Source of the DNA: Spirochaetia bacterium
Lineage (GTDB): Bacteria; Spirochaetota; Spirochaetia; CADAEX01
Direction: 5' to 3'
NCBI GenBank assembly: GCA_963662265.2
Contig: CAXXHA010000001.1
Location: forward strand, 160,001-224,000
DNA length: 64,000 bases
Within the stretch, counting starts at the first letter, position 1. Each line of letters starts with the position of its first letter. The position numbers and the translations under genes were made by a program. Below the pieces are notes generated by a model. The model did no database searches, was not told where the DNA came from, and saw nothing but the letters and a program-made list of their open reading frames with translations. This document shows, in pieces, positions 32,640-42,383 of this stretch.

Positions 32640-33665
32640 TTATCTATCCCTTTTTTCATTAACAGAAGCCATTTGCCGCCATTTCTTAAGGATCATCTCC
32701 TTCCTGTCAAATGTGGATAGATTTGAGGTATCAAAAATATTAAGAGCCGCCATTGAGGACAACCCTTTTGGAACTTTTACATCATCTCTTACAGACCTCA
32801 GGTAAAAACGGTCAACCATATAGGTCTGAACCTTCCTGCTCAGTACAAATTCAATAAATATTCTTGCCGCTTCCTTGTTTTTTGCATCCTTCATAAGAGC
32901 GATTGAATCATCTATCACAGGAGTGCCTTCTTTCAAGTATATAATTTCAATGTCCTTGCCCTGATGAATTAAATTGATTGCTGCTTCCTCCATTGTAATG
33001 CCGATTGCAAAATCGCCGTCTGCGACTCCGTCATAGACTTCAGATGATTTTGCAAGCATTTTACCCTCGACATTGTAAAGCAGTTTTGCGGCATTTTCCC
33101 AGTTATAATCCCCTTTCATATTCAGTTCCAGAAGAAAGGACAGGGCAATATAAGCAGACCCTGAACCTTCAGGATCTGCCAGGGCCAGACGCCCTTTCCA
33201 TCTGGGATGTAGCAGGTCGGACCAGCTGCGGCACACCTCATCCCTGGAAACAAGTTTCCTGTTGTAAATCAGGACTATTGGGAGCTGATTATAACCAAGA
33301 AGGTATTCCGCGCCGGGGTGAAGAGGTTCAAACAAGTCCCGGTATATGCCCAGATACTCCTTACCCCCGCCCCACATGATATCCATAAGATATTTATCAT
33401 CTTTTTCCTCAAGAGCACTCAGAAGATCCAGAGTACCTGCAGATGTATATTCAACCCGGATACCTGTACTTTCCTGAAACTCCTTGACAATGGGGATAAT
33501 CAGCCTTTCATTCAAAGGGCTGTATATTTTCAATGTGTGATCTTCAGGCTCCTTCTGCATCAGAAGATTCCATCCCCGCAGTTTTACTGATAATACTGAA
33601 ACAATTATCAGTAACAGCAGAAGAAAGAGAACTGCAAGTTTTTTTGTTGTTTTTCCGATCACCAT
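32640..33665 (-). CDS. extracellular solute-binding protein (AfuA/FbpA-like), probable sensor partner of the kinase
   Basis: N-terminal hydrophobic anchor, LKIYSP, DIMWGG, SWSDLL.P.WKG, ADP.GSGS, AARIFIEFVLS. GGAGG RBS. Abuts the kinase gene. Confidence 0.85.
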   Translation of the reverse strand: MVIGKTTKKLAVLFLLLLLIIVSVLSVKLRGWNLLMQKEPEDHTLKIYSPLNERLIIPIVKEFQESTGIRVEYTSAGTLDLLSALEEKDDKYLMDIMWGGGKEYLGIYRDLFEPLHPGAEYLLGYNQLPIVLIYNRKLVSRDEVCRSWSDLLHPRWKGRLALADPEGSGSAYIALSFLLELNMKGDYNWENAAKLLYNVEGKMLAKSSEVYDGVADGDFAIGITMEEAAINLIHQGKDIEIIYLKEGTPVIDDSIALMKDAKNKEAARIFIEFVLSRKVQTYMVDRFYLRSVRDDVKVPKGLSSMAALNIFDTSNLSTFDRKEMILKKWRQMASVNEKRDR

Positions 33666-33745
33666 GTCTGAACAACCTCCGCAATCATCAGGCAATCAAA
33701 TTACTAATCCTGTCCTGATTATGGGTCCATTATACTAAGAAAAAA

Positions 33746-35032
33746 TCAGCTGAACAATCTCAGAGTGAACAGGGCAACAGACTCAGAGTATGTTACAAGT
33801 ATAAGCACTGCAAACAGAGCCAGGATAAATGGCCAGACTTCCTTGAAAAATTTTTCCAGCTGTATATCTACAATGGAACATACTGTAAACATCATGGATC
33901 CGAACGGGGGGGTCAGGCCGCCAATCATAATGTTGACTATAAAGATGATACCGAAATGCAGAGGATCAATTCCAAACATTTTTACAGCAGGCACCAGGAG
34001 AGGTGCAAGTATAACCAGGGCAGCACCGCCCTCGATAAACATCCCGATAAACAGCAGCATAACATTGATTACCATTAACAGGATAAAAGGACTGCCTGTC
34101 ATATTAACAAGGAATTCGGTAATCATCTGGGGAATTCTTTCCAGAGTCAGATAGTAGCCGAATACTTTAGCGCTGGCAATAATCGCCATAACAGCTCCTG
34201 TCCCTTTTACAGTATCCATGAGTATCAAAGGAATATGATGGGGCTTGAGCTCCTTGTAGACAAAGAATCCGACAGCTGCAGCAAATGCAACAGCAATCCC
34301 ACCGGCTTCTGTGGGGGTAAAAATACCGAAACGCATTCCCATAATAATGGCAAACGGAATAAACAGGGCCCAGATTGATTTGGAGAACTGCCTGAAAATT
34401 ACAGCAGGGGAAGCCATTGAATCACGGCTCGGCTGGTAGTTTCTCATAACAGAGATAACATGAACAGCAATCATCAGGGCAAGAGCCATTAATATACCAG
34501 GCATATATGCTGCAAGAAACATGCTTCCAACAGATACATTTGCAATAAGTGCATAAAGAATCAGGTTTGTTCCCGGAGGTATTACAGGGCTGATTGCTGA
34601 TGATGCTGCAGTTATAGCTCCTGAAAATTCTTTTGAGAAACCTTTCCTCTCCATTTCCGGTACAAGAATTTTTGACTGCATGGCTGCATCAGCATTTGCA
34701 GAACCTGATATACCGCCCATCATGGCGCTGAGAAGAACATTGACCTGTGCAAGTCCCCCTTTTGTATGTCCAACCAGGACATCTGAAAAATCCATCAGAG
34801 CCTTGCTTATGCCTGAATGGTTCATAACTGAACCAACCATAATAAAAAACGGGACAGCAAGATAAGGGAAAGATTCAACTGCTGTGACAAACTGCTGAAT
34901 CATCATCTCCATAGGCATGGATGTATTGATAAATATAAAATATGTCAGTGATGCTCCCATAAGAGCAAAAGCTATGGGGATGTTCAGAAAGAACAATGCA
35001 AACAGGACTATTACCGGTAACAGGACTTCCAT
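33746..35032 (-). CDS. TRAP transporter large permease (DctM)
   Basis: LAVPFFI, GGLAQVNV, GISGSANADAA, VIPP, GIFTPTEA, GGLTPPFG motifs. Confidence 0.95.
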   Translation of the reverse strand: MEVLLPVIVLFALFFLNIPIAFALMGASLTYFIFINTSMPMEMMIQQFVTAVESFPYLAVPFFIMVGSVMNHSGISKALMDFSDVLVGHTKGGLAQVNVLLSAMMGGISGSANADAAMQSKILVPEMERKGFSKEFSGAITAASSAISPVIPPGTNLILYALIANVSVGSMFLAAYMPGILMALALMIAVHVISVMRNYQPSRDSMASPAVIFRQFSKSIWALFIPFAIIMGMRFGIFTPTEAGGIAVAFAAAVGFFVYKELKPHHIPLILMDTVKGTGAVMAIIASAKVFGYYLTLERIPQMITEFLVNMTGSPFILLMVINVMLLFIGMFIEGGAALVILAPLLVPAVKMFGIDPLHFGIIFIVNIMIGGLTPPFGSMMFTVCSIVDIQLEKFFKEVWPFILALFAVLILVTYSESVALFTLRLFS

Positions 35033-35595
35033 TACTTAACCTCCTTTCCAGGGCTCATCATCTCAAGCTCTTCTTCCTGAAGCTTTTTTTCAAGATCATC
35101 TTCAATCTCAAACTTGACATCGCCGCCTGTAATTATCTTTCTGATACTCTGCGCCAGGAAATAAAGTGAATACACAGTAATCAGCGCAAAAGAAAAGACT
35201 ATGGAGCTGTATATAAACTTGTAGGAGACTTCCAGAGCTGCTGTTATTTTAGTTGAGTTCATTACATACTTGAAACTGAAAACAAACATTGTTCCTGCAA
35301 GAATAGATACAACAAATGATGTAATAAAGACAATAAACGGTCTTCCTTTCTCAGGAACCAGGTTGGTCAGCAATTCAACACCTATAAGTCCTCTGGTTTT
35401 ATATGCATTGGCAAGCCCGAGAAAGATGGTCCAGACAAAACAGCCGACAGCAATCTCTTCAGCCCAGTTAAATGTAAAGTTCAGAAAATATCTTGTAATT
35501 ACGTTCATAATGACAATTATTGTTGTAACAGTCAAAAAAACAGCACCTATGTACAACTCAAAATGAACGCCAAGTTTTCTAATGCTTTCTTTCAT
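35032..35595 (-). CDS. TRAP transporter small permease (DctQ)
   Basis: NVITRY...WAEEI...WTIFLG, 4 TM helices, located between dctP and dctM. Confidence 0.92.
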   Translation of the reverse strand: MKESIRKLGVHFELYIGAVFLTVTTIIVIMNVITRYFLNFTFNWAEEIAVGCFVWTIFLGLANAYKTRGLIGVELLTNLVPEKGRPFIVFITSFVVSILAGTMFVFSFKYVMNSTKITAALEVSYKFIYSSIVFSFALITVYSLYFLAQSIRKIITGGDVKFEIEDDLEKKLQEEELEMMSPGKEVK

Positions 35596-35680
35596 AGGAA
35601 TTTTCCTTCTGTTCTATCGCACGTAAAATTCACGTCCCCCCTGTGAGGAGAAGTGAACTAACGTGAATATCATATCAGCC

Positions 35681-36712
35681 CTATTGAGCTGCTTTAATCT
35701 TTTCAAGCTCAGACAGAATCCTGTCATAAATACCTGGAGTCCACTGGGGGAATTTTGTATAAACAGGAGCTGCTGCCTTAAGGAAAGCATCGCTGTTAAC
35801 TTTATTTACCTTAACACCTTCTGCTTTCAGAAGATCGATATACTCGCCTTCTGCTGAAAGAGTTGCATTTAAATTATCTTCTCTTCCCATTTCAAAAGCA
35901 TCAACAAGAATTGTTCTTTCCTCTTCTGTAAGCTTGTCCCACAGTTTTGTGGAAATAGTAACAGCAGAGACACCAAGAAGATGGTTTGTGAGAGAGTATT
36001 CTTTTACATTTTCATACTGCTTTGTACCGTAGTAAGTCATGATTGAACCTTCAACACCATTGATTACACCCTGCTGTAAAGCTGCATATGTATCGGGATA
36101 AGGCATTGCAACGGGATTTCCTCCCATAGCTTCAATCGTATATGTATAAAGCTGGCTGGTGGGTACTCTGATATTAAGTCCATCCATATCTGAAGGGTTA
36201 ATAATCGGCTTGTTAGTCATCATGCTTCTGAAACCGAAGACCCAGTCGAGAGACATGACTTTAACACCATATTCTTTTTCTATTTTCTGATTCAGTTCTT
36301 TTACAAGATCAGTCTGTGTCATTGCAAAATACTCATCAAAAGAGCTGTAAAGGAACGGCCCTGTAATAGCGTTATAATCAGGAACATAATCGCCGAGAAA
36401 ATTCACACCATCAACAAGAATCCAGTCAGAACCAGCTACAACCTGTTCCATACCATCCTTACCGATAGGCAGAACACCGCTTGTAAACAGCTGAAGTTCC
36501 AGAGATCCTCCGCTTTTTTCATTTACCTCTTCCACAACCTTTTTAAGTGAAATTGCAGTCTGTTCGTTATCAACGAATTTTGTACTGATTTTGATCACCT
36601 TTTTTTCAGCTTTTGCATCACCTTTTTCGCTTGATCCGCCTGCAAAAACTGCTGATGTAGAAAATACCAACAGAACACAAAGAATCAGAACCTGTGAAAA
36701 TATCTTTTTCAT
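35681..36712 (-). CDS. TRAP transporter substrate-binding protein (DctP)
   Basis: Signal ...VFAGGSSE, FGFRSM, GLNIRVP, MGGNPVAM, ALQQGVINGVE motifs. Confidence 0.93.
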   Translation of the reverse strand: MKKIFSQVLILCVLLVFSTSAVFAGGSSEKGDAKAEKKVIKISTKFVDNEQTAISLKKVVEEVNEKSGGSLELQLFTSGVLPIGKDGMEQVVAGSDWILVDGVNFLGDYVPDYNAITGPFLYSSFDEYFAMTQTDLVKELNQKIEKEYGVKVMSLDWVFGFRSMMTNKPIINPSDMDGLNIRVPTSQLYTYTIEAMGGNPVAMPYPDTYAALQQGVINGVEGSIMTYYGTKQYENVKEYSLTNHLLGVSAVTISTKLWDKLTEEERTILVDAFEMGREDNLNATLSAEGEYIDLLKAEGVKVNKVNSDAFLKAAAPVYTKFPQWTPGIYDRILSELEKIKAAQ

Positions 36713-36887
36713 TTCTTCCTCCTGGAAATAGAATATTCATCCAACATCTTCACTAACTTGCAAGAAAATTGGACGAATAAACTATATACCCTGAAAAAGA
36801 CAGAACAAACTGAATATACTATTATTTAGTTTAATATTATGAACTGGACTGGATTTGAGACGTTTTAATGCCGGAGAGGAAAAGAAT

Positions 36888-36929
36888 TTATTAATCCTTA
36901 ATAACTGTACAGGTATTAAGGATTAATAA
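36888..36929. terminator. long perfect inverted repeat downstream of dodecin
   Basis: TTATTAATCCTTAATA-N10-TATTAAGGATTAATAA (16-bp arms). Confidence 0.6.
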
Positions 36930-36974
36930 TCATCAGGATTTAAAATGTAAATCTCTTAAATTATTCTGTTTTTA

Positions 36975-37190
36975 TTAATGATGTCCTTCAAATTTAAAAG
37001 ATATTTTAACTTTTGCACGGAACGCATCAATTTTTCCATCCTTGAGCTGCATATCAAGTTCGGATATTTCCGCAATTCTCAGATCCCTTAAAGTTTCAGC
37101 AGCTTTGGCAACAGCATTGGCTGCTGCTTTTTCCCATGAATCCGGGCTGGTTCCAACCAGTTCAATAATTTTATAAACAGAGTCAGGCAT
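36975..37190 (-). CDS. dodecin-family flavin-binding protein
   Basis: SVYKIIELVGTSPDSWEKAAANAV..A..TLRDLR...FRAKVKISFK. GGAGG RBS; TTGACA-N16-TAGAAT upstream at 37219-37246. Confidence 0.9.
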   Translation of the reverse strand: MPDSVYKIIELVGTSPDSWEKAAANAVAKAAETLRDLRIAEISELDMQLKDGKIDAFRAKVKISFKFEGHH

Positions 37191-37445
37191 AGTTTCCTCC
37201 TGTTATTTATTAAATCAAATTCTAGTATAAATGATGCTTTTGTCAAATTTATGGTGCTTACTGCACAGTGCTGCTCTATTGCATCGCCCAGTCACCAGAT
37301 GCTGAATTACCTTGATTATTGATGAAAAACAATTCGGATTAAATTATTTTCACATAAACCAGTCTAATAAAACTACATTCCATTGCCATGTAGATTATAA
37401 TATTTTATAGATTTGATAATTTAAATATTAATAAGGAGTATAACC

Positions 37446-39077
37446 TTGAATAATACAGGGAAGGAAAAGCCGCTGTTTGATATACACCCGGCAGTGTTTT
37501 TTTCATCTGCAGCTATCATAATCGGATTTGTCGTTATTTCTATTATTTTCAACCAGATGATCGGCAATTTTTTCACATCTTTTTTAAGAACTATTACAGA
37601 AACCACAGGATGGTTTTTCACTTCAGCTGTCAATATTATTCTTGCATTTATATTATATCTCATGTTCAGTAAATACGGGGAAATACGGCTTGGAGGAGAT
37701 GATGCTGAACCTGATTTCTCCACATTAAGCTGGTTTGCCATGCTGTTTTCTGCAGGAATGGGAATTGGTCTTTTATTTTACGGTGTTGCTGAACCCATGT
37801 TTCATTATCTTTCACCCCCTTTCGGAGAGGGACGGACTATTGAATCGGCAAGACTCGCAATGGGTTTTACATTCATGCACTGGGGGCTTCATGCATGGTC
37901 TGTTTATGCACTTATTGCACTTGCTCTTGCATTTTTCAGCTTCAACAAGGGGCAGCCTTTATCAATCAGGTCTATTTTTTATCCTATTCTGGGGGAAAAG
38001 ATTCACGGTCTCTGGGGCAATATTATAGATATTCTTGCAACTGTTGCCACACTGTTCGGAGTCGCAACATCACTCGGGATTGGTGTCCAGCAGATAAACG
38101 CCGGATTTGCCCATCTTTTCGGAATTGAACAGAATCATACTGTTCAGCTTATCCTGATTGCAGTAATCACTGCTATTGCAACAATTTCCGTTGTAAGGGG
38201 GCTGGATGCAGGAATCAGAAAACTGTCGGAAATAAATATATGGCTTGCACTTTCATTACTTTTGTTTGTTTTCATATGCGGCCCTACCCTCTTCATACTC
38301 AACAGTTTTTTTGAAAACACCGGCTCTTACCTTCAGCTTTTCCCGAAAATTGCAACATGGAACGAAGCGCTGGAAAACACAGGATGGCAGAACAGCTGGA
38401 CAGTATTTTACTGGGCATGGTGGATTGCCTGGTCACCGTTTGTCGGAATGTTTATTGCAAGGGTAAGCAGGGGGCGAACAATAAGGGAATTCCTGATGGG
38501 AGTACTCTGCATACCGACAATAGTTACATTCTTATGGATGACAGTCTTCGGAGATTCAGCCCTTTATATTGAACTTTTCGGTGGGGGAGGAATTGCAGAT
38601 GCTGTTACTGAAAATGTACCTCTTTCTCTTTTCCTCCTTCTTGAGAGATTTCCTCTCTCCTATATATCATCAATTCTCGGGGTCCTTGTAGTTATAAGTT
38701 TTTTTGTCACATCTTCTGATTCAGGTTCCATGGTTATTGATATCATAACAGCAGGAGGGAATCCTGATCCGCCTATTCCCCAGAGACTGTTCTGGGCAAT
38801 ACTTGAAGGTGTTGTTGCAGGAGCACTGCTTTTGGGAGGAGGTCTTACCGCTCTACAGTCAGCTGTTGTTGCAACAGGGCTTCCCTTTGGAATTGTACTT
38901 ATTATACTCTGTTTCAGCCTGAAAAAAGGTCTTAATGAATATACAGGGGTACAGACATTCTCTGTCAAAAGAGCTGTAAAAATAAAGCCCCAGAAATTTC
39001 AGATAGAAAGTGCAGATGCACCATTTGTAGTATTTGAGAAGAAGAAAAAAAAGAAGGGGGGAAATAAAAATGTATAA
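37446..39077 (+). CDS. BCCT-family transporter (glycine betaine type)
   Basis: SWFAMLFSAGMGIGL, HWGLHAW, WTVFYWAWWIAWSPFVGMFIARVSRGRTIREF, FFVTSSDSG. TTG start with AAGGAG RBS. Confidence 0.95.
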   Translation: MNNTGKEKPLFDIHPAVFFSSAAIIIGFVVISIIFNQMIGNFFTSFLRTITETTGWFFTSAVNIILAFILYLMFSKYGEIRLGGDDAEPDFSTLSWFAMLFSAGMGIGLLFYGVAEPMFHYLSPPFGEGRTIESARLAMGFTFMHWGLHAWSVYALIALALAFFSFNKGQPLSIRSIFYPILGEKIHGLWGNIIDILATVATLFGVATSLGIGVQQINAGFAHLFGIEQNHTVQLILIAVITAIATISVVRGLDAGIRKLSEINIWLALSLLLFVFICGPTLFILNSFFENTGSYLQLFPKIATWNEALENTGWQNSWTVFYWAWWIAWSPFVGMFIARVSRGRTIREFLMGVLCIPTIVTFLWMTVFGDSALYIELFGGGGIADAVTENVPLSLFLLLERFPLSYISSILGVLVVISFFVTSSDSGSMVIDIITAGGNPDPPIPQRLFWAILEGVVAGALLLGGGLTALQSAVVATGLPFGIVLIILCFSLKKGLNEYTGVQTFSVKRAVKIKPQKFQIESADAPFVVFEKKKKKKGGNKNV

Positions 39078-39753
39078 AAACACGGCACTGAAGTTTTCTT
39101 CCGGTTGTTTTCTTCTGGTAAGAAAAAAAGGAGATTCTGTTGTATTCCTCGGTACTTCATTTTTAATACATGAAGAGGGATATCTCATTACAGCTGCTCA
39201 TCTTCTGGAAAATGATTATGACAACCTGATGGTTGTAAGGCCGCATGATTCTGAGGACTTTACACCTTTCAGTTTTGATACAGTATCAGCTATAGAAGTT
39301 GAAACATCAGAAGTTGACCCTGTTCACAATGCAGCACTTCTCAGGTTCAGGAAAAAGTTTTTTATAGAAACTCCTGATCATCTATCAGGGTCTGCCGAAT
39401 CCACAGTTATAGGAACATCTCTTCTCTGTTTCGGATTTCCATTCGGGCACCAGGACCTGCACAACCTGACTGCACAGGGTACAATGCTCAGCAGCAAAAT
39501 AGTATCAGACAACGGGACAAAACTGCTGCTTTTCGACAGCACTGTACATGAAGGGATGTCCGGGGGACCGCTTGTTAATGCAGATGACGGCAGGGTTATA
39601 GGTATAATAATCGGCAGATTTTCACCGCTTGAAGACGGGGGTGATTTTGTTAAAGGCAATGAGCATCCTGATTACCAGACAGGATTCAGTTATGCTGTCT
39701 CAATTGAATATGCCATAAGACTGCTAGAAAAATGCGGGCTTGAAGCTGTCTGA
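39070..39753 (+). CDS. trypsin-like (PA clan) serine protease-fold protein, no signal peptide
   Basis: GTSFLI, ITAAH, GFPFG, EGMSGGPLVN..GRVIGI. The start overlaps the BCCT stop by 8 nt. Confidence 0.85.
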   Translation: MYKNTALKFSSGCFLLVRKKGDSVVFLGTSFLIHEEGYLITAAHLLENDYDNLMVVRPHDSEDFTPFSFDTVSAIEVETSEVDPVHNAALLRFRKKFFIETPDHLSGSAESTVIGTSLLCFGFPFGHQDLHNLTAQGTMLSSKIVSDNGTKLLLFDSTVHEGMSGGPLVNADDGRVIGIIIGRFSPLEDGGDFVKGNEHPDYQTGFSYAVSIEYAIRLLEKCGLEAV

Positions 39754-39774
39754 TTTTCTTTTTAATTTTTAAAA

Positions 39775-39819
39775 AATAAAAGAGCTGAAGCCAGTTATTC
39801 CGGATTCAGCTTTTTTATT
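39775..39819. terminator. bidirectional intrinsic terminator
   Basis: AATAAAAGAGCTGAAGCC...GGATTCAGCTTTTTTATT between convergent genes. Confidence 0.65.
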
Positions 39820-39922
39820 CAAACAAGCATTGCTCCTGTAATAGAGATTCCAGTTACTGCAATTTTTTCTACTGGAAAATCCTCTCGCGAAAACATGCAT
39901 GAGGGCTATAGTCAAAAGGCAT

Positions 39923-40381
39923 CTATTCTGCAGAGTAATCAATTACATTCATTCTCTGGTATCTGAATATTTCATCCTCTTTAAAAAAACGTCTGATTTC
40001 AAGGAGAGCTTCATCAGCTGTTGCAGATGCGTGGACAACATTGCATCTCACTGATATGGAAAAGTCGCCCCTTATTGTACCGGGGAGAGCCTCTCTCGGA
40101 TTTGTTGCCCCGGTCAGGGTCCTGACCCTTTTAACAATATCATACCCCTCCAGCGCCATTGCAATCAGGGGTGTAATCATCATTGAATCTTTGAGATCTG
40201 CAAAGAATGGTAAATCCCTGAGATGAGCATAGTGTTCATCGATAAGTTTCTCATTCATCTGGAGCATTTTAAGCCCGACAATCTTAATTCCCTTTCTTTC
40301 AAATCTGGTTATTATTTCTCCCACAAGTTCCCGCTGGACAGCACCGGGTTTTATGAGTATCAGGGTAGTTTCTTTCTGCAT
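39923..40381 (-). CDS. ndk: nucleoside-diphosphate kinase
   Basis: Start MQKETTLILIKP (GGAGAGG RBS). GEIITRFERKG, HYAH, GATNP...PGTIRGDF, NVVHAS motifs. Confidence 0.95.
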   Translation of the reverse strand: MQKETTLILIKPGAVQRELVGEIITRFERKGIKIVGLKMLQMNEKLIDEHYAHLRDLPFFADLKDSMMITPLIAMALEGYDIVKRVRTLTGATNPREALPGTIRGDFSISVRCNVVHASATADEALLEIRRFFKEDEIFRYQRMNVIDYSAE

Positions 40382-40459
40382 AATACCTCTCCATACTGTT
40401 ACTGAAATATTATAACATTCCAATACAGTCTTACAAATCTGCAATGCCGTCGGATCCTG

Positions 40460-40699
40460 CTATTTATAATCATTTTCATCATAATATTCCGGGTACATTT
40501 TCTTTGCACATTCTTCACAGAGGCTGTGACTGAATTCCGCTTCTGAATGATCCCTAATATAGGCTTCCAGCTGATTCCAATACCCCTTGTCATCCCTGAT
40601 TTTTTTACAGTGGGAACATATAGGCAGTATACCTTTCAGAGTTTTAATTTCAGTTAAAGCATTCTGCAGTTCAATAATTGACTTTTCTCTCTGCTCCAC
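40460..40699 (-). CDS. small protein or gene remnant: coiled coil plus CxxC...HxxCxxC domain
   Basis: ELQNALTEIKTLKGILPICSHCKKIRDDKGYWNQLEAYI..HS...FSHSLCEEC, a module I know from the C-termini of sensor/receiver proteins. Confidence 0.7.
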   Translation of the reverse strand: MEQREKSIIELQNALTEIKTLKGILPICSHCKKIRDDKGYWNQLEAYIRDHSEAEFSHSLCEECAKKMYPEYYDENDYK

Positions 40700-40801
40700 C
40701 AGTTCATGCTCTTTTTTACGGCTCTGTTCAAAGTTATGTAGATTTATTCAGCGCTGTCTCATCCTGCAACAATATAATATCGACATCCCCCCCTGTTTAA
40801 T

Positions 40802-41005
40802 TTAAAAATCGATATACCCCTTATCCATAGCCAGTTCATATTCATCAGGGTAATCTGCAAGATCGTTTATTTTTACTTCATAATAATCATAATAATTAAA
40901 ATCAGGGTCATCTTCATATCTCTGATACTCACGTTCAACCTCTTTTTCAGATGCATAAACTCCCTTTAATTTCACACCATCAGTAAGAAACCACAGTCTT
41001 TTCAT
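40802..41005 (-). CDS. small acidic hypothetical protein
   Basis: 67 aa, strong AAGGAG RBS, rich in Tyr, Asp and Glu. Confidence 0.7.
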   Translation of the reverse strand: MKRLWFLTDGVKLKGVYASEKEVEREYQRYEDDPDFNYYDYYEVKINDLADYPDEYELAMDKGYIDF

Positions 41006-41361
41006 TGTTACGATCTCCTTGAAAACAGATAAAGAGGCTGCTGATTCTAATGTTCATAGATATTCGGGAGAGAGGATTGGAACCTATCCTAACCTCCTAC
41101 TTATACCTCAACTTAAAATCGCTGATTTTTCAGCCACTTTATCCAAAAAGATATAAGCAGACATTGTTAGCATATAGGTTCCTTTGTCTGCTGCAAAATA
41201 TAAATTCAATATATTCCTTTTCCGGAATTTGTCAATCAGAAAATAATATTTAATGTTCACATATTATAAAAATAATTTAATCAGAGTTTTCTCTTTTTTA
41301 ATATCAACTCTTTTATTTTCAGGGAAATATCAGAAACAATGAAGTCTGAACAAAGGTATTA

Positions 41362-42162
41362 TCATTCATATTTTATGCCCCATTTTTTGAATATCCTGTA
41401 AAATTTCCCATTATCTTTAATTATCATTATTCCCTTATCAAAATCATCAATATATCTTGATGATTTATTTGCAATATAGGAAACCAGGAACTCATACGAC
41501 GAATCAAAACGGGGCATTTTTTTAAACTCAGAGGTCAGCCTGTTCTCTTTCAGAATATAATCCCAGGTATTCTCATATCCTAAAAAACCGTCAACTCTTT
41601 TTGCCTTCAACATCAAAAATCCCTGTTCAATGGAATTAACATAATACTTGTTTACTGTATCAATTTTATTCCACTCATCGCCATAATTAAAGCCCCTGAT
41701 TGAGGCAATTGTTTTTCCTTTCAGGGATTCTAATCCCTCCCATTTAAAATTATCATCACTTCTCACGTACATGAGAAAATCTGAACTGATAATATGTTCT
41801 TTTGAGTAATAATATATTTTTTCTCTTTCAGAATTTTTGCCTGTGGGAAATAATACATCGCATAATCCTATTTCAAGCACATGCTTTGCCCTCTCCCATG
41901 GATAAATAGACAGATGAATTGTATAACCCATTGCATGGTAACTTTCCCTCACAATATCCCAGGTCAGTCCCTCAAACCCCTTAGCATCAGAACCGGCAGG
42001 TATTATCTGTGTGCTTTCAGCAGCCTCATCAGTCTTTATGCAGAAGGGGGGAAACCCTCCCAGAGTGACAAGTTTGACTACTTTCTCCTGGGTGAAAACA
42101 TCATGACTGAGAAGCAACAGAATAAGTAGAAGAAATATTCTCTTCATAATAATAACCTTCAT
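41362..42162 (-). CDS. solute-binding protein family 3 (orphan)
   Basis: Signal peptide, FPPF, PWERA, D.LFP, LKGKTIASIRGFNYG, RVDGF motifs. Confidence 0.85.
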   Translation of the reverse strand: MKVIIMKRIFLLLILLLLSHDVFTQEKVVKLVTLGGFPPFCIKTDEAAESTQIIPAGSDAKGFEGLTWDIVRESYHAMGYTIHLSIYPWERAKHVLEIGLCDVLFPTGKNSEREKIYYYSKEHIISSDFLMYVRSDDNFKWEGLESLKGKTIASIRGFNYGDEWNKIDTVNKYYVNSIEQGFLMLKAKRVDGFLGYENTWDYILKENRLTSEFKKMPRFDSSYEFLVSYIANKSSRYIDDFDKGIMIIKDNGKFYRIFKKWGIKYE

Positions 42163-42383
42163 TGATAATTATAAATTTAAATACACTGCTTTATACTAAT
42201 TAGTATAATTGAGAAATTATCAATTTTGTATATTATAAGATTTTCAAGACACAAATTGTCATTTGAACTTATTTTTCAATAATTAATTTAAGCCGGTTTG
42301 ATCTGCCTGTAAGAGAGAACATCCACTGCAGTGCTTAACAATAGTATTGAAAATGCATTTATAAATACTATAATTATTATTAA

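Noticed and set aside
5009-36913. Two hairpins (near 5011 and 36905) sharing a CTGTACAG centre, as a possible REP family
   Set aside because: There are only two copies, their arms are unrelated, and an 8-nt palindrome is expected by chance.
40748-40750. In-frame TGA as possible selenocysteine
   Set aside because: It is not at a Cys-equivalent or redox-motif position, I recognised no SECIS-like hairpin, and the upstream peptide is unconvincing.
41050-41150. Intact tRNA gene
   Set aside because: Only a T-loop/acceptor-like fragment is present; no D or anticodon arm can be folded.
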